From the human T2T-CHM13v2.0 reference genome, Homo sapiens, in assembly GCF_009914755.1 (NCBI RefSeq), contig NC_060930.1: 64,000 nt of DNA; one strand, written 5' to 3'. This document shows positions 25,704 to 39,400 of this stretch, one piece after another. A program made the position numbers and the translations under genes. Each line of letters opens with the position of its first letter. Position 1 is the stretch's first letter. The notes beneath the pieces were generated by a model. That model saw only the letters and a list, made by a program, of their open reading frames with translations. It had not been told where the DNA came from and searched no databases.

Positions 25704-27955
25704 TGTTATTTTATTCTTTTTTGTAATTTGGAGCAATTTTGATAACTAAATAATATTTAATTAACTCAAATTTTCTTTTCTAACAGTTGACTCCAACTTT
25801 CTTTTTGAACCAGGAAAGAAATACGTTACACATGGATATGCTAGTCAGAAACAAAAGTCATGGGTAAAGTAATGAATTTTCAAAGTTACTTTAAAACAGG
25901 CCCATTTTTGTATATGTATGTGTGTGTTTTCAACCACCATGGCTTCCCAAAATTAAAATATACTGGGAAATGGGGGACTATAGGGATGGGGTGGAGTAGA
26001 GATGAACAAACCAACATTTCCAATTCCTGAACAGGATTCCCCCAACTTGCTATTAAGACACTGGGCTGCATGCAGGATTCGGAATGTTCATATATGGACA
26101 ACCTAATCCATTGTTTTATTTTCACTCCTTCAGCCCAAACAAGTGTCCTCACTCTCTTCTGTCTTGCTTCTGGATCTTAATGTTTGCATGAACAAAACAT
26201 TAAGAAACGAGAGAGCAATCCAGTGTAGCAAAGCGCTATCGCTGCAAATAGTCATCTTGAGGTTTGTTGGGATTTTCAGAAAGTAAGACACGTTCACGGT
26301 TATGAGTGGGCATCCGATTTACCTGCTAGAAATGTAAGTGACTCTTCACATGGGCCCTTTTCTCCAAAAACACCACCTTTCAGAGAGATGAAGTGAAGTG
26401 GGGAGACTAAGAATCTAATATTTTCAGCTACATAAATTCATTTCAGCATAAACTCATCTCAGCTTGAAAATCTGAACAATGTAAATTTACTCTCCAGAGA
26501 GAAAGATAAAGAGAAGAAACGGCAAGATTTCTCCCTGGAATCTGTTGAGAATAAAGAGGGAGCATGGGTGTGGGGACGTGCATTTTGTGCTGTACCTTTG
26601 AAAAGAGAACAGAACACAATGTCCTAAGATAAATCGTCATTTTCTGAAGCCAGCATTTTCTCCCAAATTCTTAAGGAAATGTTGCCACCTTCTGGACAAA
26701 AGCTTAGTAAGCATTCACCACAACCCTGCTTTCCAGCTTATTTATAAACTCGTTTACATGAGTTAATAAATAATTTTGCTGTGACTTTTCTATTATTCTA
26801 CCTGCACAGCACTGATAGCCTCAAAAACTCAAGTCACTATAAAAGCACTAATCATATGCCTAACAGAACAGAAAGCCCACTTTGCCAATTAAGCAGATTC
26901 TTCAAGAGAGAAATAATCACACTGACAAAGTTTACCAGATTTTAAAAAATCTCATTCATGGACTTCTTAACTCTTACAGGGTTTGAAGAATGGTGGGTAG
27001 ACTCTCAACCAGGTTTTCTCTTTACAGTTTTTTTTTTAATTACAACTTCTCTCTTTTAATAATAGGTTCAAATTCATCTAACCAAATAGTCTTGAATTTG
27101 ATTTTTTTTCAATGTATTTTAAGGTCATCAGTAATATTTTGAGCATTCAGAAACAAAGACATCTGTGCTCATATCCTGAGAATTTGTAAAATGCTCACAT
27201 TTCTTTACCGTAATGGGTGGGCCCTTCCCATCAGTCAATTCTCATTACCAATGTTTTCAATAAAGCAAGGCAGTTAAGGTGGACACGCTTTATGTGAAGA
27301 GCTATGCATTGTGCAAAGAAGGCGCCTGCCCACTTAGTACTGAGCATCTTCCCCATGCTTACGCCTGAGGTTTGCGTCTCCAACGTGGAGGAGTCTGCAA
27401 GACGACGAAGTTCATTGCTCTGCTGGATGAGGACCGCATTACTTGATCTTCTCAGCGCTGTTTAAATGTCCAATAAACCCAATGTCCCTCTTCATTCAGG
27501 ATCTCGCCGAGGGCTTAGAGGAAAGCTGCAGTACTTCTCAGAGAAGCTCTATTCATTTTTCTGAGGATGTGGCTGATGAAATTGACAGCCCTGTCTTCCT
27601 CATCCATGTTTTCGCAGGTGGGAAATTCGGTGGTGAAGCCCCAACTTGCGGCATGTCCCTAACACTGCTGATAGCCTTGTCTTCTGTTCTCCAGCCCTTC
27701 AGGTGGCTGACCAGGAGCCCTACTGCACGATCTAAGGTGTTAACTCAATTCTGTGCTAGACCGTTGCCTTGGTTTCCCCCACAGTCATTGCAGCAGCGGG
27801 CTACATGGCATCTCTGCAAATTAAAGAAGTGCACGGAAAGGAGAAAAGCCAACTGTTTTGACCAAATCGCAGACAGTGCTTTTCCTCATCCACCAGACAT
27901 GAGAACCAATGGAGGCAAATGGAAAAAAACACATCCTTCTTAGAAATCTTGTTTG

Positions 27956-28342
<387 letters not shown>

Positions 28343-29569
28343 CTAAATTGATTCTCTGTCCTGCAGGGGCTGAATATCAAGGAACAAATGCATTAATCAT
28401 GGGAGAGCCTGTGTGCCAACGAGCATAAAGACCACTGCACCCAGCAGCGGCGATTGCGTGAACCTTTCCACAGACCACACGCTCCGAAGTAGCTCTCTGA
28501 AGTCTCATTACTGAATGTGTAGGGGAGGGATGGGGGGTTGCATCTGACTTTCACTGAAATGTGCATTTAGAAATAAGTGTATTTACATTTAGTTTTATGT
28601 TTAAAAAGGGGGGTAGGGATGGGGAATCTTTGGGCCACAGTCATTATAGATGAAACAAACACACGGACACAGATAACACACACGCGCACATGCACAAAAG
28701 CTTTCGGGGAGAAACAGAAAATAATGTTTTGCAATTACAGTCCACAGCTGCTGCAGTTCCAGTGTGCGTGTGCTACACAGGTGCGGCCATTATAACAATG
28801 AATAGCGCACATTAAACGTGCCATCCATAGGGGTAATAATACTAGGGTTGAAAAGGTATTTTCATTTGCAACCTGATGTTAGGCAGAAAATAAAATAAGG
28901 CATTTCACAGCCAGCCTGATGGCTCGGCTACCACATGGGAGGCCCAAGCCTGAGATGAATCTGAGACCCTTATGTGTGTGTCTAACAGTGGGAACCTGGC
29001 CATGGTTCCTAGAGAGACCGTCAAATTTCTTTCTGTTCTAAAAAGCCTGCTGACCATGAAGTGGGGGAAACTGAGGCTCCACACAGTTTATCCAGTTAGC
29101 AGTATCAGCCAGCATGACATCTATCCCTGCCCAGCGCCTACTAGTGTCTGGATCCTAGAAATAGTGTTGGGGGAAAAAATACAGAGAGAGGTTCCCCATG
29201 GGTGGGGAAGTAGAATGGCTCCCACAGAGAAGGAACCCTGGAGGAGGAAGTGGTTTTGAGACAGCTCCCCTTAGGCCCTGTCTCTGCACCATGCCATCAC
29301 TAAGCTCTACCCCACAACTCAGCAATGTTCTTCCCTGGGACAGCCCCAGAAGGCTTGGCTCTAAGCCCAAAACAGCCGACCTGCTTTGCTCACCTCTCTC
29401 TTTAAAAGCCCAGCAGCAGAATGGGCCCTGTATCTCATTTCATTTACTTTCCACAGCTTCTCAAATCACTAAACTCTTCACTCTTGGTGGACAAATTCAT
29501 CTTCAGGCAACCAAGACATTCATGAAGATTGGCAGTTGGAAAACGCTGGAAAAGAGACAGCTTTGGGTA

Positions 29570-29790
29570 GTGACAAGAGAGTGAGCTTTAGAATCAGAGG
29601 ACAAAAGACCCCATCTCAGCACGGCCAGCTCTGTGATCTTGAACAAATTATTTAAACTCTCTGAACCTCTGCAAAATGAGGTTAATAGTATCTGCTGCAT
29701 AGGGTTGTCGTAAGGCTCTAATGACACCAAGTATGTGAAAATACTTAACGCCAAGCTTGGAACTAGCAAGCACTAAATAAATAATAGAGA
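29570..29790 (+). mobile_element. MIR
   Basis: 'gctctgtgatcttgaacaaattatttaaactctctgaacct'. Confidence 0.7.
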
Positions 29791-30619
29791 TTATGAGAGT
29801 AACTTCCATTTCTTTATATTCATTTTCCTGAGTGGGTCTGTGAATAACTTCTAACCCATTCTCAGCAATAAAATGGAAATCTCTATCAAGAAAGGAGAAA
29901 AAAATGTACTACACATATTTCTCACAACCATAGAGGCAGCTTCAGACCAAACATTTCAGGAAGGCTGTTAGAAATGTGTAACGCTCTGCAGAATAATTGT
30001 TTTCATATTGTCTACTTTTAACAGTGGTAAAAGCAAACGATAAAACAAAAAATAATGCATGTTGTAGAGTGAATTTTAAAAAGCTGAGGATCCATCAGAC
30101 CCAGGTGGGTGTTGGCGTGGCTCTCATGGACTGGGCATGCTTCCCCAGAGCCCAGGTGGAGGGCCGCCCACAGCTTGGAAGTCTGGAAGCCCACTGCCCT
30201 GGCACGGAGTGGTGCAGGGGTGTGGGAGCACGCAGCCCTCGCCAGAATGAAAGCCGTCCTAGGGAAATGGGATAGGCCCCAGTTTACCAAGGAAGGTGGG
30301 AATACAGCTCTTTTTAGAGGCCTTAAAAGTGAGGAGAGGATTAAAATTAATTTAAAACTTCACAGGAAGCCTGCATAATGAAAACAAAACTTGATTGCAA
30401 TGCTGGCTGGCACACTGTGGATCTGGAAAAGCTCACACAGCAGAGCTCTGGATAGGTTGGAGCTCACTGGGGAGATAACAACAAAACTATAGTGATGGTG
30501 ATGATGATGATGATGATGATGATGTTAGTGGTGGTGGGGGTGGCAGTGATGGCGAAACAAAAGTCTTATCAGCCAATCTCTCATGGATCACAAAGCCCTG
30601 AGGCACTTTCATAATGTGT

Positions 30620-30900
30620 TCATTCATTTACTTATTCTCCCAGCAAAAGTTGTTGACCATGTAGTATGGACTAGCATGATCCTAAGTCCATTAATAAATC
30701 ACCAGACCCCATGCTCAAGAAGCAGAGACAGGCATATCGACACATGATTCTAAAATTCCACATAAAAGTGTTTGGCAGAAGAAGAACAGGGTGCCATGAG
30801 AACACTTAGGAGGGGTAGCTAATTTAGACTGGGGGTTCAAGAGAGGTTTCTAAGAGGAGCTGATGCCTAGACTGAAGGTAGATGAAGGAGGTATGTGCAG
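30620..30900 (-). mobile_element. L2 3' fragment
   Basis: 'ttcattcattt...gttgaccatgtagtatg' L2 tail in antisense. Confidence 0.55.
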
Positions 30901-31090
30901 AAAATGCAGAAGCCTAAGGGTGAGAGTACAGGTCATTCTGCAAAACTCAAGTGCAGGTTGAAGTGTGAAGGAGGAAAAGAAGAGCAGAGGCTGGAATGGC
31001 AAAAGCTGGTCCAGCCCTATATGCTGTGTGTACTAAACAGGGGTAAGGGTGAGGGGAGATCTTTGGGCCAAAGTAATTACAGATGAAATA

Positions 31091-31109
31091 TACACGCACA
31101 CACACACAT

Positions 31110-31141
<32 letters not shown>
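31091..31141. repeat. (CA)n microsatellite
   Basis: Directly visible. Confidence 0.95.
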
Positions 31142-31143
<2 letters not shown>

Positions 31144-31145
31144 AG

Positions 31146-31603
31146 AGTGGTAGCTGGACTTCAACACGGCGACCAACAATCCCCACTCCTTGTGTAGCCC
31201 TCCTCCCAATACTGTACTAATATTAGTGACCCATAGAGCACTGTGACCAATAGAACATGCCAGAAGTGATGGTATGCCACTTCTGAGATTAGGTTATAAA
31301 GGACATTGCAGTTTTGCTCTCTCCAATCACTCACTCTGGGGGAAACCAGCTGCCATGTCTTGAAGCAGCCCTTTGATGAAATCCACCTGGCAACAAACAG
31401 AGACCTTGTGAGTGAGCTTGAAGCAAACACTTCAGCCCCAGTCAATTTTCAGATGACTGCAGCCTCGTGAGAAACCATGAGCCAGAACTACCCAGCTCAA
31501 GTGTTTCTGAGCTTCAGAAACTGTGGGCGATACTAAATGTTGGTTATATAAAAGCTGCTAAGCTTTGGGCTAATTTGTTATGCAGCAACAGATAGCTAAT
31601 ACA
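31146..31603 (+). mobile_element. MaLR LTR (MLT1F/G-like)
   Basis: 'cagaagtgatggtatgccacttctgagattagg', end 'ttgttatgcagcaacagatagctaataca'. Confidence 0.8.
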
Positions 31604-31844
31604 CCTAATAACATGGGCAAAACATATATATATTCCTATGTTAAAGAGCAGGTTGTGAAGAAACACATTTAATATGATCCTCCTTTTTACACATTACAGA
31701 TTAGTTTGTTGTATTTATAAGGGTAAAGTCTTTTTTATTAATCTTTGTATCAAATGAACCATAAAAGTAATTTTTAAAATATAAAGCTCCATAATAGTGT
31801 CAATTAAGGCCTGTAAATAGTATGAAAAGCAGATCGCCAGAGGC

Positions 31845-32141
31845 TTTTTTTTTTTTTTAAGACAGTGTCTTGCTCCTACCCAGGCTGGAGTACAGTGATA
31901 TAGTTATAGCTCACTGCAACCTTGAACTCCTTAGCTCAAGTGGTCCTCCCACCTCAGCCTCCTGAGTAGCTGGGACTGCAGGCACATGCCACCACACCTG
32001 GGTGATTTATTTTTTATTTTTTGTATGGATAGGGTCTCACTATGTTGCCCAGGCCGGTCTCAAACTCCCAGCCTCAAGCGATCCTCTCACCTCAACCTCC
32101 CAAATAGCTGGGACTACAGGTGCATGCCACCACACCCGGCC
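31845..32141 (-). mobile_element. AluJ
   Basis: Antisense diverged Alu; TSD-like agaggc on both sides. Confidence 0.9.
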
Positions 32142-32998
32142 ACAAGAGGCATTTTTAAATGACAAGCTAATTCTGCAGAGCGTTGTGAAACTAGAGAGTT
32201 AAACTCACACTATGCCTCAGTTGTAGGTAGAAGTCCTGACTGTGGTTGAGAGCAGGAAGGAAGCCACCTCCTCAGCAGAGAGATATATTAACCAGAAGAG
32301 CATAGCAAAACGAGCTGAGGCAGGCCAGATGATTTTCAAGCCAGTTTTTGTGTGTGTGAGCTGCAGAGCAGGACAGACACCCAGAAAGGCCAAGCTATTC
32401 CAAAGAAGGTTAGAAGGGGTTGAGTTGGCAAAAGAGGAAAATGTACCTGCTCAAGGATTCTCAAAGTTGGGAGAAAGGCAGCCCTGACATTCTGGCTTCA
32501 GCAAGAAGAACCAGGAAGAAGTCCCAGTGGATGTGAAAACCTGTCCTCATGTAAGGTACCCCAGGGACACCCCTCAGTGGGGTGACTGGAGCTAGCCCAC
32601 CATGCTGACCTCCTGTGTGTCACACAAAGGTTGTTTGCTTGCCTTCTCTATCGCATTGGGCACAATGTCCCTCAATTATCGATTAAGTACAATAACATTA
32701 AGTATCTGTTTCTTGCCATCCTAACACCTTTTCTCCTAAACAGTGTTTTCCTGTATTGAAGACTTAGTATTTGTTGTAAAAGTGATGCTTAAGGACATAT
32801 CAGCTTTTTCTTTTTGTTGTTGTTTTTTTCTTTCTTGACTCTTGGGGAACAGGAGGCTCTTAAAGAGTATTAGCCACAGATGTTTGAGAAACTCTCCCAA
32901 ACAATGCCTCTCTGCATGAAGATATCCTGGTCTCTGGGCATCAGGGTGACAGATCACCATTAAATTCCCTATCTACCGAGAGGGGAATGCTCTGTTCT

Positions 32999-33312
32999 TG
33001 TTACTGAATGCCAGGGGTTTAGCCTAGGTCGTGTTGCTTGCTGCACAGAAAGCCAATCACTGAGGCAATGAGTATTGCCAGGGAAGAAGGCTTTATTACA
33101 GGTAACATCAGCTGGAGAGACCAGAGACAAGCCTCAAATCCGTCTCTTTCCCCGACTGAAGTTAGGAGTTTATGTAGTTGGGGAGGAAAGCAAGAGGGGC
33201 AAGGAAGAGGAGTTGGGCAACAGGCAGCAGGTGTGTCTCATTGTTTAAATATAAGTTTCTCAAGGTTAAGTTCTATGGGCATCTGGCTTATTGTAAAATT
33301 GGTCTGGTTTCA
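32999..33312 (-). mobile_element. ERV1-class solo LTR (MER31/MER4-group-like)
   Basis: TG...CA termini (tgttactg...ggtttca), exact 4-bp TSD ttct (32995-32998 / 33313-33316); 'cagaaagccaatcactgag...gaagaaggctttatt'. Confidence 0.75.
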
Positions 33313-36300
33313 TTCTCGGTGGAAAGGACACTGGCACAATAGGGTGGGGCCAAGTGAAGACCCATCTGATCTCCTCATTGAAAAGGCCCACTCACCATTG
33401 GACACCAAAGTCTTTGATGGAGTTTGGAGTGGGATTATGAATTACAGTGTCCACAAAGGAGGAAGGATAGAGAGGACACTAGTTATACAAATGGTAAAGA
33501 AATAATGGAAATACATCCAAGAAGAGTTTATTAAATTTTTCTCTAGTTATGGGCTTGGAACAGAGCCAAGTTTATCATATTGACTTGAATCAGTCCTCAA
33601 CTTCAATAGGCATTTATCCAAAAGACCAAGTTCCCAACCCATTGTATGTTTAGATTTAAAGATAATGGCTTTACCTACTCCCACTAAATAGGACCCTGTT
33701 TTTCTACATGTACATATGACACTTATTTTTACTTGTGATGGAGATATTAATCTCAGGGCATGCCTTGTTGCCTTCTCCAGGGTACTGGGGAAGCCCTCAG
33801 TCTCCACAGTCTGAAGTGAAGTATACACACACCAAATTGCTGTATTCTTTCCACCAAATAAACGGGTTCCTCTTAGGTGTTTTCCTACATAAAAGAGCTC
33901 CTTGTGATCTTATGCACTCCATAAAATAGCACAAACATGGTGAAACATAGTTAAGCCAAAAGAGCTGCATTAACTACTCAAGCGACTACTACTGCCAACA
34001 CAAAATATGAATCACTAAGCAAAACGGGATCCTTAGGAATGATGGTTTATATTGGTTATTGATTTAATAAACATTTCAGTTAAAAAAATTATTCACTTTT
34101 CATCACTATACATGGACAATTGGCTATAATCTTTCTCTGAGATACACGCCATCACTCACAAACTCAAGTTTTACATTGTCACTCAAAATCGATGACAAAA
34201 TGAGGGAACTTTGCATCCCTGTTTTTTTTCAAGTGTAGATGGACTTCTAATTTTTTTACATGTAGAAATGCCTAAAATTATGGATACAGTTTGGCAAGAT
34301 TCTGTTAAAGAATTTAAGGAAAGATAGAAATGTTGCCTTATTTCATAGACTGGCTAACAGTGGAAGCTGACATCTGTCAAGTATGTTGTCATACCTGGTC
34401 ATCATTGTTGAGGCAGGAAGAGCGGGTTTTATCAGATTTCTTGACTGTAAAATCTGCATTCCACTGAAAATTCAGCATGTTTACAGCACATCACAATGTC
34501 TCCCTCGTTGCCACCTACTCTTTTATTTTATTTGTATAACTATGCAGTTCTGTTACTTGGAAGGATGTTTGAGATGGATCACAAAACCTGCAGACTCTGT
34601 TAACCTGATGTGACATTGGAGCTACTAGGATTCCTTTAAAAACCATTAGCATGCTTTAAAAAGAGATCGAACTCAGATGGTAGTGAAAAATGTCAGTCTC
34701 ATGGACGTGGCTAGAATGAGCAAATGCTTTGCCTCTTGAATTCTGGCCGTTTCAGCGGGGAGGTAGGCAAACTGACCTTGGGGCTGCTCATGTGGAGGGC
34801 ACAGCCTTCTGACATTGTCTACTTTTAAATGCTTCCTGAGACTTCTTGCCTATGCGCCATCTTTTGCCAATGACTTGTTTAACCAAGTTCCTGGGCAACT
34901 AGGACTCGCTGCCTCTTTGCTGCAAGGTCTATCGTAGGTTATTAAATTTTTGGCTTAAACAGTTTATAAAAATACTTTCTATAAAACAGATTTAGCAATA
35001 GGCAGACGCTTTCTCTGACTAGTGGAGTCCACTAGGCAGATGGTACTGTTTCTTGGCTATTGGGATGAATTCTCTGTGGGAAGCTGCTTAACCACTTTGT
35101 ATTAGTTTGATTTAAGGCCTTGATGTGATAGGCTTGTGGTTTAAAAATATTAAAGATATTAAGATTTAATTCACTAAAATGTATTCCGAGGGGGGTGGAG
35201 ATTTTATACTTTTATACTTGTTTAGATAGCCTGTATTTTAGCAACCTAAAGTTTAATGCCTGAATTTCCTCCAAAAAAATGGCAAATAAAATTGTATATG
35301 AATATGCATTTTAAAATTTGATGGCAAAATAAATCACTGGTGTATTGGAAAGACCATGGACAATGGAGTCAGACAGACCTAAGTTTAAATCCCAGATTTC
35401 CTACTTGTTATTACTTAACCTCTCTGGATCTGTTTTCTTTTCTATAAAATGAGGATTCGCATCCCCTCTCCACCTCCTAGGTTATCACTACAATGTGCCT
35501 TATAAAAAATGGCATTTGACTGCAGATGAGTTCTTGAGACCAGAGACTTACCTTGATATTCCTAATGCAGGCTGGGCATATAGTCAGAGTCCAAAATGTT
35601 TCCTGATGTAAATTAAGTTGATGTTGAGCCATTGGGAGGTTGTGAGTTCATTTTCCATCACTTAAGTGATACTGACAGATTTCCTGCCAAGTGGACTCAC
35701 AGTAAACAGGACTCCAGGCTCCCACCAATAAAATAAAAGAAAAATGGCTCCAGAGAGGATCCTCCAGCTGGTCCAAAAGTAATCCCAGTATAAAATATTA
35801 GGCTTGTTTGTTTACTTAAACCTCTGCCAACTGTGAATTTAACACTCAGAAATGCATATGCAAAATAATGGTTCCATGTTTTGAGACAAAAGTTTCACTT
35901 GTCTGCTAAGAGTTTTGGCACCACAACCAGCAGCAGATAAGTTCACTGGGTCTCTTACCCTGACAATGTTTGAGAACTTGAGAACCCAAGATTTCAGTTC
36001 TAGTATTAGCTCTTCAGCTAACCACTCTGGACCATGGAAGGTCTTGAAATCTCCTTATCACTGACCTACCCATGAGGGCAATCTCTGGGTCAGTGGAATA
36101 AAGATTATCACTCCCTTTTTCAAAATGGGGAAAGAGGAATCATCACAAAGTGATTTGCCATGCCGAGAGTGCCTCCCTGAACAGGGAAATAGGCCTTGAA
36201 ACCTTGGGAACAGGGCAGCCACTTTTTAATTTTAATTTTCAAATAAGTAGTAATTCACATTATTCAATGTGTATATATATTATATAACATATAATTATAA

Positions 36301-36329
36301 TTTTATATATAATATATACACATAACATA

Positions 36330-37330
36330 AACAGACCCTTCACCAAAGAGCATATAAGGAGCATATAAGGATGGCAAATAAGCACATTATGGACTGCTAG
36401 AGAATTTCAAATAAAACCCGCAATGAAATAGCTCAACCTAGTAAAGTGGCTAAAATGTAAAATATTGACAACATCAAATGCTAGTGAGGATGGGAGGCAA
36501 CCAGAACGCTCATACACTGTTGGAGGAAATGGAAAAAGTATATCCACTTTGGAAGAGATTGGCAGTTTCTTATAATGGTACACACACGTTTGCCACACAA
36601 CTCAGCAATCCCACCTCTGGGTATTTGCCCAACAGTAATGAAAACATGCTCATACAAAAGCATGTCCATAAATATTTGGAACAGCTCTATTCACAGCTGC
36701 CCAAATGGGAAACAGCCTGAATGTCTAACAGGTGAATGGATATACAGAAAAACATCCATGCCATGGAATTCTCTTCACTAAGCAAAAGAAACAAACCGTT
36801 GACATGCACAGCAGCTTGGATGAGTCTCAAAGGCATCATTCTGAGTAAAGGAAGTCAGTCTCAGGTTACGTACAGTATAATATTGTGTTACGCCGTTCTC
36901 ACGTTGCCATGAAGAAATACCTGAGACTGGGTAATTTATAAAGAAAAGAGGTTTTATTGGTTCATGGTTCTGCAATGCTATTGGAAGCATGGTGGCAGCA
37001 CCTGCTCAGCTTCTGGGGAGGCCTCAGGAAGCTTACAATCATGGCAGAAGATGAAAGGGGGGCTGGTGTCTTACATGGCAAGAGTGGAAGGAAGAGAGAG
37101 AGGGAGAAGGGAGGTGCCACACATTTTTCTTCAACCAGATCTCGGGAGAACTCACTGTCGAAAAAACATCACCAAGCCATGAGGGATCCGCCCCTGTGAC
37201 CCAAACACTGCCCACCAGTCTCCACTTTTAACACTGCGGATTGCACTTCAACATGAGGTTTTTAGGGGACAACATCCAAATCATATCAAATATTCATATG
37301 ACATTCTTGAAAAGACAAAACTACAGCAAG
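36330..37330 (+). mobile_element. Old L1M (MB/ME) 3' fragment, interrupted by MSTA
   Basis: Degenerate ORF2 C-terminus ('cagcaatcccacctctgggtattt') and 3'UTR; resumes after 37288. Confidence 0.75.
36884..37288 (-). mobile_element. MSTA-like MaLR solo LTR
   Basis: 'aagaaatacctgagactgggtaatttataaagaaaagagg'; exact 5-bp TSD aatat (36879-36883 / 37289-37293). Confidence 0.92.
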
Positions 37331-37494
37331 AAGGAGAAAGCTGTCATAATTAGAGAAACAGTCTAAGCCCGCCCAGGAACACAGCCCCGTTACACCCCAG
37401 AGTCAGTGTAGGTGTCCCAGGAAGATCTCCCTGACGCCCCTCCATCACCCTGCTATGCTCCAGTAGCAAAGCATTTCAAACCGTTCTATTTCTT

Positions 37495-37640
37495 AAATTG
37501 TTTTAAATTGACACATTGTAATTATACATTTTATGGGTAAAGTTTGATGTTTCAATACATACATGCGTTGTATAATGATTAAATCAGGGTAGTTAGCATA
37601 TCCAGCACCTCATGCTTTTATCATTGCTTTGCAGTGAGAC
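37495..37640 (-). mobile_element. L1MA 3' end fragment
   Basis: 'aattgacacattgtaattatacattttatggg...gtataatgattaaatcagggtagttagcatatcca'. Confidence 0.75.
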
Positions 37641-38370
37641 AGCCCATCATATTTTAAATTATCAGTTTACACACTTAGAAGCCTCTCAAAGCCAGGAGCC
37701 AAGTCTTTTTCATCATCATATTCTTTGGGGAGCATTTCCGTTTATAAATGTTTATGTAATCCATAGCGCTGTGACCCCTTGCTCCTGGCACAGTCCCGGA
37801 CATACAGTAGGAACTCAATCAATGTTGGTCCAACTTCAGTGTTGGATTCTGCAAGGAGAGAGGGATTTAAGAGCCCTCTCAGGAGTTTCTAGAATCCTTA
37901 CGTCATGGTCATAACTAAAGTCTCGAGTTGGCAACCTCCAAATTATGGGCCACAACGTCATAATATCAGTTGATCGGCAGAACTTCAGGACACTGCTTAC
38001 CATAATTGCTATAATTTTTTCTCTCTTCCTTTCCAAAAAAAAATGCAAAAAATTTCAAGTGTCTCCATGTACCACTGGACAAAGGAAATGCCCTGTGATG
38101 CAAACATTTGTTAATAATGATAGCAATGGTCCCTGTTTTTCCAAATACAAGGAGCCTTTAGCTTTTTGTTCAACTCATCACTTCTGTAAAATCATAGACT
38201 GTTCTTCCTGACTTTTTCACAGGGTCCTCAGACTTAGAATTCATAAAATCACAGCATTCTAGAACTGCATGGAGCCTGGGAGCTTCCAATTCAGTCTTCC
38301 TTCTTAAAGCTGCTTCCACCTTAAAGAGACTCATTTCTTTTAGAGCTGCTTAAAACAGTGCAAATCTTAC

Positions 38371-38430
38371 CTTTTCACTTAATTACAATCTTGCATTTTG
38401 CTTTTCACTTAATTACAATCTTGCATTTTG
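38371..38430. repeat. Perfect 30-bp tandem duplication
   Basis: cttttcacttaattacaatcttgcattttg at 38371-38400 and 38401-38430. Confidence 0.97.
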
Positions 38431-38549
38431 CAAATACTTTGCTGGTTTCAGAAACCGGTGTTCTGGGTTTTGTTGATGCTGCTGCTGCTTCTGTTGTTGT
38501 TGTTGTTGTTGTGTTATTAGCTTTGGCAGTGTTAGCATTGGCAGCTGAG

Positions 38550-39400
38550 AGTCCCTGATTCACAATCCGGTGCTTTATTTGCCAAGTGTAGACACAACCC
38601 AAAAGCGGGAAGCTGAGCGCCCAAAGGAAGAGGGGCCGGTCCCCCTGGCATTGTGTGCTTTGCAGAGAGGAAATGAGAACCCACCAGGCCGGCTCCTTCC
38701 CCTCACCCTATCTCCCGAATGCAGTTTTTCCAATAATTTAATAACATTCACAGGGATATTAGATTAATTGGATTTTAATTCCGAATGACTGTGAAAGCGG
38801 AGAAATGAGTCACCAGCTCATGCTAATGAGAAGATCTATTAAGGGCTCTTTTCTGATAGACACATACAGCAGGGTTATAAATATTTCATATCTAATTAAT
38901 TGAATTTTGCCCCCTATATATGACACTGCCCTGAAACATCAATCAAACAGGGCCAGAGAAAGAACAGAGGGATGGAAGAAAAACTAAGCGTTTCTTTGGA
39001 ACAGCAACAACACAACTACCGGCCCTTCCCTCCCTCCCAGCCCCTGAAACATTCCCCCCACCATGAGAACCCCTGCCATTCGCAGGGGGCCTGCCGAGAG
39101 GAGCTGGAAGCATTTACACCAACTGCAGCTGGTTCCATACGGCGGGGAAATTAATGTTAATTAATCAGACAGCAGTTTTATACAAGGCTGTGTGCAGAAG
39201 GTTATTCGAGTCCTACTGCAAATAGATTTATAGGTGTAATTGCTATGTTGAATGACCCTCTGTAAATAGGCTCATTAAACTGGCCATCAGTCAAAAAGTC
39301 TAATTGTAGCCATGCAGTAGCCTGCAATCGGGAACATGTGGCTCTCGATAAACAGCTCGCCCATGGCAGCCTGCGCTCTGGACGGTTTAGATAGGGCTGC
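38550..39400. promoter_or_regulatory. Candidate developmental enhancer (homeodomain/PBX/FOX motif cluster)
   Basis: Repeat-free block with dense TAAT cores, ATCAATCA, AGATTTAT, ATGCTAAT, TGTAAATA; motif-based only. Confidence 0.5.

Noticed and set aside
27300-27760. Faint resemblance of a minus frame (FTTEFPTCENMDE) to bornavirus N protein
   Set aside because: Only a few residues match and the flanks do not align; not supportable without a profile search
33038-33828. 155-aa and 93-aa ORFs suggesting ERV internal sequence
   Set aside because: The LTR has a TSD on both sides, so it is solo; the flanking translations show no gag/pol/env motifs
34854-34865. YY1-like motif gcgccatctttt
   Set aside because: A single short motif with no promoter context
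38358-38602. Poly-Ala/Val and poly-Thr ORFs
   Set aside because: Translation of a trinucleotide microsatellite
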